Source of the DNA: Nemertoderma westbladi
Taxonomy: Eukaryota > Animalia > Xenacoelomorpha
Direction: 5' to 3'
NCBI GenBank assembly: GCA_032718475.1
Contig: JAUCBJ010002871.1
Location: 1-58,439 of the forward strand
Length of the DNA stretch: 58,439 nt
The position numbers were made by a program, and so were the translations under genes. How positions within the stretch are numbered: the first letter of the stretch is position 1; every line of letters begins with the position of its first letter. Of the stretch, positions 49,299 to 58,439 are shown in pieces. The notes beneath the pieces were generated by a model. It saw nothing but the letters and a program-made list of their open reading frames with translations. It was not told where the DNA came from and ran no database searches.

Positions 49299-50355
49299 CT
49301 ACTACTACTACTACTACTACTAGGTCGAGCGAACTCGGACAGTGGAAATGAGATCCTTCCAGGCTTCCCGATTCTCCATAGTTGTCGCAATTTCGTTTCT
49401 CCCAAGTTCAGTATCCCTTTCAAGTTGATCTATATATGTTATGGCAGGTCGTCCACGACTACGCTTTCAATGAGTTGGTTGCCAGAGAAGTAGATCTGGT
49501 ATGACCTCGTCTTTACTTCGCCAGCAGTGCCCACTGAATCTTAATCTGCGTTCACGGAGGGTGGTTGATACAGGTGGTATTGTACCATAAAGCTCGGCGT
49601 TTGTCATGTGTTGTCTCCAGCTGATGTTTAGGGCTGCCCTTAGTAGTCTTGTGTAGCAACCATCAATTCGTTGTTCAAGTGATTTAGTCAGTGTCCAGGT
49701 CTCACCCCCGTATAAAAATACACTTTCCACTGTGGCTCGAAAGAACTTGGTCTTCAGGTGCCTGGAGAGATCTGATTTCCAGATGGTATCCATTTTTGAT
49801 AGAGCTACCCAAGCCTTTGCTTTCCTAACTTCTATGTCCTTTTTGCTACTCTCTATCGATGATCCAAGATACTGGAAGTCATCGACCTGCCTTAGTTGAT
49901 TATTATCAATGGTTGTCAAGTTTCCATCAACATTAAAGGTCATGAATTCGGTCTTGGTGGCATTTATATGCAATCCAACCTCCTTAGCAGCCCTCTCCAC
50001 TTTATTTAGTAGAAGCTGTGCATCTGCTAGCGTATTAGAGAGCAGGGCGATGTCATCCGCAAAGTCGGTGTCTGTGACTGTAGTTGCCGGATATCTACTA
50101 CTTCTGCGTTCTTGAAGTGTGAATCTCAGATCTTCACCCTTTGTGGCCGTCCTCATTGCGTAATCCAGCACAATTACAAATAGTAATGGTGCTAATGTGT
50201 CACCTTGCAGTACGCCAGCCAGGATTGAGAAAAACTCAGTTTCACCATCTGGTGAGAGTACCTGCGCTTCTGTGTCACAATATAGCAATCCAATGCCAGC
50301 AACAATTACTTCTGGTATTCCATAAGCTCTTAGGATTTCAAGCATTTTAAGCATT
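49299..50355 (-). mobile_element. RTE-clade LINE family 2, 5'-truncated, with 14-bp TSD
   Basis: RT motifs GVLQGDTLAP and FADD; (TAG)n tail at 49299-49322; TSD TTAGCCCTAGGGTA at 49285-49298 and 50356-50369. Confidence 0.93.
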
Positions 50356-50559
50356 TTAGCCCTAGGGTATAGCTCTCTTACTGGTAACTAATTACTCTTA
50401 TCTATATCCAGACAGCTTTATCATTGACCTTTGACCCCCAATTAGATTTAACCAAGCAACAGGATTTTAATAGTAGTTGTATCCAAGCGCCCCGCCCCCT
50501 CTCGTGACACCTCTGATTACTAATTCCTATATCTTACCTATAGCCTACAGCCTATTACC

Positions 50560-51030
50560 TACAGCCGTCTGTAGTTCTATAGTCTGCCGCTAGAGGGCAT
50601 ATTATCTGAAAATTAACATCTTCTCTAACTTTGTTATTTTCATTCCAATTAGGTTTAAACTCGGTAGGCATCTACTATATCATAGGCTATATCTTTTACG
50701 TAGTGGCAGAGTAGTCTGAAATTCCTCAGTTTGCCACTAGAGGGCGAATTGTTTCAAAGTGAAAACCTGATCTCATTTGATTGTTTTTAATCCGCTTAGG
50801 CTGAAACTTTGTAGACATCTACTATGGCAAAGGCTACACTTTACCGATGAGTTTGCACAGCCCGCAGTTCTCCACTCTACCGCTAGAGGGCGAAATGTTT
50901 GATAGTGAAAACCTGATTACATTTGATTGTTTTCAAACCATTTAGGTTGAAACTTGGTAGACATCTACTATATCATAGGCTATACTTTACTGAGGAGGTT
51001 GATCGACCCGCAGTTCTCCAGTCTGCTGCT
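50560..51030. repeat. ~150-bp diverged tandem repeat (about 3 copies), inverted relative of the 315-bp satellite subunit
   Basis: CC(G/A)CTAGAGGGC at ~50587, ~50734 and ~50880; TTAGG(C/T)TGAAACTT(G/T)GTAGACATCTACTAT units. Confidence 0.7.
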
Positions 51031-51084
51031 AAAGACTCGGATTTAAGACCTGAGGCACTCCTAAAGTCTCGAGTTTTAGGTTTG

Positions 51085-51605
51085 AGCCACAGACTATGCC
51101 TCAATGAGACTCAGACTATGCCTCACTGAGGCACTGAGGCACAGACTATGCCTCACTGAGGCACAGACTACGCCTCACTGAGGCACAGACTATGCCTCAC
51201 TGAGGCACCGATGCACAGACTATGTCTCACTGAGACACTGCTATGCCTCACTGAGCCACAGACTATGCCTCACTGAGGCATAGACTATGCCTCACTGAAG
51301 CACTGAGGCACAGACTATGCCTCACTGATACACAGACTATGCCTCGCTGAGGCACAGACTATGTCTCACTGAGGCACAGACTCTGCCTCACTGAGGCACT
51401 GAGGCACAGACTATGCCTCACTGAGGCATAGACTATGCCTCTATGAGGTACAGACTTTGCCTCACTGAGGTACAGACTATGCCTCACTGAGGCATTGAGA
51501 CACAGTCTATGCCTCACTGAGGCATTGAGGCACAGACTATGCCTCACCGAGGCACTGAGGCACAGACTATGCCTCACTGAGGCACAGACTATGCCTCACT
51601 GAGGC
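51085..51605. repeat. 22-bp minisatellite (CACTGAGGCACAGACTATGCCT)n with 8-bp slippage variants
   Basis: Direct inspection; contains the palindrome GCCTCA-C-TGAGGC. Confidence 0.95.
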
Positions 51606-51852
51606 TCAGATTCAGGGTCTAAGGCCATCAAGCTGATCATTTGCTTAGTTTTCTAAATAGAAGGTCTTGAGTTTGAACCCTAGAAGAGCATTATTTTTTT
51701 TTTCTAGCTCTTGGCTGACTCTAGTGTACACTAGCTTCGACTCTCCCAGCTATAGTGATAGTATGCAACATTGGGAGTTAATGTGCTGTCTTATGAGTAA
51801 AGACTAAGAGAGTAGCCTCCAGGTAGCCTCTGTTGGTTCACTCTTCTTAACT

Positions 51853-53513
51853 TTACAAAAGAGTTTGCAAGCGCAGGTTCAAATCCAACTAAAGCTCTAT
51901 ATATTTTGCACTGAAGTGGAATACTTTAGATGTTGGGGGAATCTGGTTTGCGAGGGATATTTGAATGGTGAGTATAACCATCCTTGGGAGTTAGTGTGGC
52001 GTTATCTCGCCCTGGATGGACTTTACCCCTGAAAAGAAATTAAGCTTGTACTCGCATCTGATCTCTCCTTGGCTGCTTTAATCGCATCTACTCTCTCATT
52101 GGCTGCTTTACTCACATCTGCTCTCTGATTGGGTACTCCAAACTAAGTTTCCTCTATATAGACCCTTGTTTACTGCTTTCCCATTCATTATATATTTTTA
52201 TTTTTAAAAGTTTTATTTATTTTCATAAAAGTTTTATTTATTTAAAATTTACAATTTTACTTACAAAAGAGTTTGCAAGCGCTCTATTTAATTTGCACTG
52301 AAGTGAGATACTTTAGATTTTGGGGGAATCTGGTTTGCAAGGGATATTTGAATGGTGAGTATAACTATCCTTGGGAGTTGGTGTGGCATTATCTTACCAT
52401 GTGCCGGATACTGATCACAATACTATTTATTAGATAGGTTATACAGTATGTTTTAGCTCGTATAGGTCGTGCCATCAGAAGTGACACGATGCCCGGGCTG
52501 ATTCAGGCTTTGTGATAGCAGCTATCTGATGATAGTAGAACAGGCTATCTATTGACTTTGCTTTTTTACCGCTCTGCTTCATTTCCTGTTCAGTCAGTAG
52601 GTGAGCCTACCGACCGGTAGACTCACTGACAACTGTGTGACATTTATAGCTAGGCTTTGCCTTAGCTTACAGTCTTAAGCTAAGGGCCTATTTACCCGTA
52701 GGTCCGACTGACCGGCTTCTGTTTGCATAGTGCAGCAGTGGTTGAATATGCTGTCAGGCTGTGTGTGTCTGACATTATGTCAGACACGAACTTTATCTGT
52801 GAGTTCGCTTGTAGAATATACCGTATGGTATATTTATATTTCTGTATTCGTGCCTTGTCTGTCATTATATTATACGACCTGAGTAGTTTACAGGAGTTGT
52901 TTCATATTAGATGGAGTCAGTAGCCTCAGCCTGACAGTCCCCGTAGCTAAAGCGCGTCTTTATCCATACTTCACCCCTAGCAATTGCCATCCTTTACCTT
53001 TACCGATCCGCCGATAGGACATTCAGTCTTAGGGTCTGACTATTAGACTGCAGACCCCGCGTCTGACTGTTGGACTATCGTTCCCAGTTATTGGGCCTCA
53101 GGATAGTCGGACAAAGCCGACTATCGGACTGTTGTATTTATTTATAGCGAGCAGTCATTCTAGTTAGCGGCCATCCGGCACACACCACGGATGGGCTTTA
53201 CCCCTGAAACGAAAAATGGGAAAATAAATTAAGCGTGTACTCGCATCTGCTCTCTCACTGGCTGCTTTACCCGCATCTGCTCTCTCATTGGCTGCTTTAC
53301 TCGCATCTGCTCTCTCATTGGTTGCTTTAATCGCATCTGCTCTCTCATTGGCTGCTTTATTCGCATTTGGTCTCTCATTGGCTACTCCAAACTGAGTTTT
53401 TTCTAAATAGACCCTTGTTTACTGCTTTCCCATTGATTTAATCTAATTTTTATTATTGAAAAGTTTTATTTATTTTCACAAAAGTTTTATTTATTTAAAA
53501 TTTACAATTTTAC
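51853..53513. repeat. Tandem duplication of a ~410-bp promoter-like unit containing 30-bp ATTGG (CCAAT) repeats; second unit interrupted by a solo LTR
   Basis: Unit 1 51853-52260; unit 2 52261-52399 plus 53188-53513. TCGCATCTGCTCTCTCATTGGCTGCTTTA occurs x3 and x5. Confidence 0.8.
52400..53182. mobile_element. Solo LTR (783 bp)
   Basis: Termini TGTGCCGGAT...ATCCGGCACA; 5-bp TSD TACCA/CACCA (one mismatch); empty site in the duplicated unit at ~52008. Confidence 0.82.
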
Positions 53514-53581
53514 TCATTATAATTATAATTTGTAAAATCATTTAGCGAAAATTCATTACTATCAATTTATATTCTTATATA

Positions 53582-54622
53582 ATGCATAAACACAAAAGTT
53601 GTTTGGTTTGTGATAAAGAAATGAGACAAGACACTCTATCTCGTCATATGGAAAGACATAGAAAGGAAAATCTAATGGATCCGTTACCAAATAAATTTAA
53701 AAAATCAGAAGATATTTTTTAGTGAAGATGAAAAGAAAAGGAGAGATGAGCGTGATATATGAAAGATGAAACATACAATGGAAATTAAATTTCATAAAGT
53801 TATGAATATTTTGAAACGGATACAAAAACAGAAAATGAAGAAAATTTGAGTGAGAAAGATGAAGAAGAAGAGGACGATGAGATGGAGAATGAAAATAGTG
53901 ATGGTCAGGATGAACCTGCAGAGAGTGAGGTTGAGAACATAGAAAGTGAAGGCCAGGAAGAGGATGAAGAAAGTGAAGGTCAAGAAGAGGGTGAAGATAG
54001 CGAAGGTCAGGAAGAGAATGAAGAAAGTGAAGAACAGGAAGAGGATGAAGAAAGTGAAGGTGGGGAAGAGGATTAAGAAAGTGAAGATCAGAAAGAGGGT
54101 GAAGAAAGTCAAAGAGAGGAAGAGGATGAAGAAAGTGAAGGTCAGGAAAGTGAAGAAAAGGATGAAAATGATAATATTGAGGAAATATTGAGGCAATTAT
54201 TCGGAAATAAGAATAAATTGCGGAAAATTATTAAACATTTGAAGGAAAATGAAGAAAATAAAGAGGTGACATTGACCCAAGTTCTAGGAAGTAAAATTAA
54301 ATTACAGAAATTTCTTAAACATTTAGAAGAGAATGATGAAAATAAAGAAGAGATATTGAGACAAATATTAGGAAACAAAAATCAAGAGCAGAAATTTATT
54401 AAACAAATGGAAGAAAATGAAGAAAATAGAGAAGAGATATTAAGACAGGTTATGGGAAATAAAAGTAAATTACTGAAAATTAATGAACAATTGAATAAAA
54501 TTAAGAAACAGTTGGGTAATGAGGAAGATGAAAGTGAAGAAAATCGACCAGCTTTAACTTATTTTCGTAGACCTATGATAAAAAACTCTCATTGTTGCTG
54601 CAGTTATAAATCCTGCCTTTAA
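53582..54622 (+). pseudogene. Decayed C2H2 zinc-finger / acidic-repeat protein gene, possibly Polinton/Maverick-derived
   Basis: MHKHKSCLVCDKEMRQDTLSRHMERH from ATG 53582; frameshift ~53720; EEDEESEGQ 9-aa repeats; in-frame TAA at 54074; 28-aa EEILRQxxGNK repeats. Confidence 0.6.
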
Positions 54623-55336
54623 GATAACTTATTTTGCCAATTTACCCAAAATACTGTATATTTATTGATAAAGGACCAGTTACGGTGCCATATTGATTTG
54701 TTTCTTACAAATTATTCTTTAGTAAAGGTTCTTACGCCATCTAGTGCTAGTACACCTATATTCGATCTAATTTCTACTGTAAAGGCCTACTAAACCTCAA
54801 ATGGAATACGTGATGCTTATTGGCTATGCTCCTTGCTGATAAAGCTAGTATATAAGTGTGGTTGTGCTATGATTGATTTTACTCTCTTTTTGTTATTGTT
54901 TGACAGAAGAAGTCGCACTGCCCATGCAGAGGCTTTGAACCCTCGTCAAGTTTAATTGACTGGTGGTTATTACAGGCCTAAGGTCTAAACTTAAAGAGTT
55001 AATAATTGAATTATAATTATTCATCGCTACATTGTATATTCTACTGGTTTATTCAATTTATCTTTATTATTTGCTTAATATATCGCCGATATTACGTAAT
55101 CAAGGAGGTTTTACACGCGCCACAACAGGTGGGTTGCTGTAACTAAGTATCAGTGATAATCTGGACAATTGTATCAGATTTGTGTATTGTCATATCTCTG
55201 ACTTACTAAATAATTAATATATGGCGATATTTCAGACCATTAATAAAAGCAAAGCTCTTATTATTAATTACATCACGATTGAGAGTTGTCACAAATTGAA
55301 TACTGTAGTGATATCAATATAATTAGACCCAAAGAC

Positions 55337-55535
55337 TTGTCTCCAGCTGATGTTTAGGGCTGCCCTTAGTAGTCTTGTGTAGCAACCGTCAATTCGTTGT
55401 TCAAGTGATTTAGTCAGTGTCCAGGTCTCACCCCCGTATAAAAATACACTTTCCACTGTGGCTCGAAAGAACTTGGTCTTCAGGTGCCTGGAGAGATCTG
55501 ATTTCCAGATGGTATCCATTTTTGATAGAACTACC
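55337..55535 (-). mobile_element. ~200-bp internal fragment of RTE family 2
   Basis: Near-identical to 49611-49809. Confidence 0.88.
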
Positions 55536-56099
55536 ATTAAAATCCATAGAGCATTCATTAAATTATTATTCATTAAAATCTAAAGCATATAATAAATACG
55601 AATATATTTTCTTAACTTTTCCCATCATGAAACTTAATTATAAAAGACATTATGGCTTAGTATTAATTGATCTAGATTATTATGAGATTAGATTATTACC
55701 AGAGCATTGTAAGCCATCACCAGTATATCCTGAATTACAAGCACACACATATCCTCCATCGATATTTGTACAGTTTGCATTGCTATGGCAATTATGAGAA
55801 CCAGTTTGACATTCATCATCGTCTAAATAATACAATAAATACAATGAAATTATTTATGTGTGAATAAAACAATTTTGGTGTATCGCCGTTATACTAGGTT
55901 TTAGTGAATTTAATCAAAATAACAATACCGGGGCGCTAGCTACTCAAATAAGCTAGTGGCACGCTGTAGGCGCAATACTTACACGAAGTGGGGCCTTCGC
56001 GCAGCACGTGACTTAAATTTAATTTAAGTACTAATTCGAAAGTATTACTGTATTAGCAAATTTTAAGCAGATTTCGCCTAATCACTTTTTACCTCTTTC

Positions 56100-58439
56100 A
56101 TTTCTATTCAGACATTTCTGACTCTAGCGGTATAGTGAGAACTGAAGATGGATTAGGGTCTCCAGCCCCACAAAGACACAGCCTATGGATGAATACAGTA
56201 GTACATACGTACATCGGCCAAGTTTCATCTTGAATAACGGATAACGAAATGAGAGACGGATCTCACTTTCAGAAATTTCGTCGTATAGCGGCAGACCGAT
56301 TAAATCTCCCCCCCCCCCCCCCCCCACAAAGACGCAGCATGTGGTCCAGAATATATGGCAAGATTCAGCTTAAACTGATTAAAATCAATGAGACGGGAGA
56401 ATCTATTCACTTTCAGGCATAAAGTAGTCCTATAGCGGGTGACTGTTGAACTGATTTTCAACAAAACAAATTTTCAACTTGGCAGCTTTAAATTCGACAA
56501 AGTTATAAGCATGTCAATATCATAACGACGACAACGATTTCACTTTCAGACATTTGGCCCTCTAGCGGCAGACTGGAGAACTGCAGATGGATTCGCCTCC
56601 TTTGAAAGTCACAGCTAATGGTCTAATACATATCTGCCAAGTTTCAGCTTAAACGGATTAAAAGCAAAGAAATGGGAGGGCATTTAATGTTTAGACATGT
56701 GGCCCTCTAGCGGGAGACCATTGCACTGATGGTGTCTGAAAGTCTCTCAAAAATCTCAACTTTAGCTCATATTGATACCTACAAATTTTCAACTTGGCAG
56801 CTTTAAATCCGACAAAGTTATTAGCATGTCAAAATCGTAACGACAACAACGATTTCACTTTCAGACCTTTGGCCCTCTAGCGGTAGACTGGAGAACTGCA
56901 GATGGATTCGCCACCTTTGAAAGTCACAGCTAATGGTCTAATACATATCTGCCAAGTTTCAGCTTAAACGGATTAAAAGCAAAGAAATGGGAGGGCATTT
57001 AATGTTTAGACATGTGGCCCTCTAGCGGGAGACCATTGCACTGATGGTGTCTGAAAGTCTCTCAAAAATCTCAACTTTTGCTCATATTGATACCTACAAA
57101 TTTTCAACTTGGCAGCTTTAAATCCGACAAAGTTATTAGCATGTCAAAATCGTAACGACGACAACGATTTCACTTTCAGACCTTTGGCCCTCTAGCGGCA
57201 GACTGGAGAACTGCAGATGGATTCGCCTCCTTTGAAAGTCACAGCTAATGGTCTAATACATATCTGCCAAGTTTCAGCTTAAACGGATTAAAAGCAAAGA
57301 AATGGGAGGGCATTTAATGTTTAGACATGTGGCCCTCTAGCGGGAGACCATTGCACTGATGGTGTCTGAAAGTCTCTCAAAAATCTCAACTTTTGCTCAT
57401 ATTGATACCTACAAATTTTCAACTTGGCAGCTTTAAATCCGACAAAGTTATTAGCATGTCAAAATCGTAACGACGACAACGATTTCACTTTCAGACCTTT
57501 GGCCCTCTAGCGGCAGACTGGAGAACTGCAGATGGATTCGCCTCCTTTGAAAGTCACAGCTAATGGTCTAATACATATCTGCCAAGTTTCAGCTTAAACG
57601 GATTAAAAGCAAAGAAATGGGAGGGCATTTAATGTTTAGACATGTGGCCCTCTAGCGGGAGACCATTGCACTGATGGTGTCTGAAAGTCTCTCAAAAATC
57701 TCAACTTTTGCTCATATTGATACCTACAAATTTTCAACTTGGCAGCTTTAAATCCGACAAAGTTATTAGCATGTCAAAATCGTAACGACGACAACGATTT
57801 CACTTTCAGACCTTTGGCCCTCTAGCGGCAGACTGGAGAACTGCAGATGGATTCGCCTCCTTTGAAAGTCACAGCTAATGGTCTAATACATATCTGCCAA
57901 GTTTCAGCTTAAACGGATTAAAAGCAAAGAAATGGGAGGGCATTTAATGTTTAGACATGTGGCCCTCTAGCGGGAGACCATTGCACTGATGGTGTCTGAA
58001 AGTCTCTCAAAAATCTCAACTTTTGCTCATATTGATACCTACAAATTTTCAACTTGGCAGCTTTAAATCCGACAAAGTTATTAGCATGTCAAAATCGTAA
58101 CGACGACAACGATTTCACTTTCAGACCTTTGGCCCTCTAGCGGCAGACTGGAGAACTGCAGATGGATTCGCCTCCTTTGAAAGTCACAGCTAATGGTCTA
58201 ATACATATCTGCCAAGTTTCAGCTTAAACGGATTAAAAGCAAAGAAATGGGAGGGCATTTAATGTTTAGACATGTGGCCCTCTAGCGGGAGACCATTGCA
58301 CTGATGGTGTCTGAAAGTCTCTGAAAAATCTCAACTTTTGCTCATATTGATACCTACAAATTTTCAACTTGGCAGCTTTAAATCCGACAAAGTTATTAGC
58401 ATGTCAAAATCGTAACGACGACAACGATTTCACTTTCAG
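56100..58439. repeat. 315-bp dimeric satellite, more than 6 near-identical units from ~56456, diverged units from ~56100; runs off window end
   Basis: GATTTCACTTTCAG at 56536, 56851, 57166, 57481, 57796, 58111 and 58426; each unit has two subunits with GGCCCTCTAGCGG. Confidence 0.97.

Noticed and set aside
51610-51690. Second tRNA-derived SINE (GAGTTTGAACCC B-box-like)
   Set aside because: No convincing A box or cloverleaf.
53792-54196. Hydrophobic minus-strand ORF and Lys-rich alternative frame
   Set aside because: Shadow frames of the acidic GAA-rich repeat.

Overview
AT-rich eukaryotic DNA, most likely an invertebrate metazoan (species not identifiable from sequence), consisting almost entirely of nested, decaying transposable elements. 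It holds three BEL/Pao (Belpaoviridae) LTR retrotransposons. A (9211-20526, minus) is a gag-pro-only deletion derivative. B (20527 to ~26000, plus) is the 3' half of a divergent family. C (27935-45693, plus) is a relative of A with degenerate gag-pol and no 5' LTR. There are also two RTE-clade LINE families with (TAG)n tails, two TTAA-flanked piggyBac-like MITEs, a solo LTR, a tRNA-derived SINE-like element and several satellites. One probable host gene is present (two-exon HNMT-like methyltransferase), plus a decayed C2H2/acidic gene. Most notable: all three BEL elements carry non-env accessory ORFs downstream of pol, including a multi-zinc-knuckle protein shared by divergent families A and B. 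Element A also has no tRNA primer-binding site but carries an 11-nt PBS-position sequence complementary to its own LTR, reminiscent of Tf1 self-priming. All alignments were made by eye; no database searches were run.
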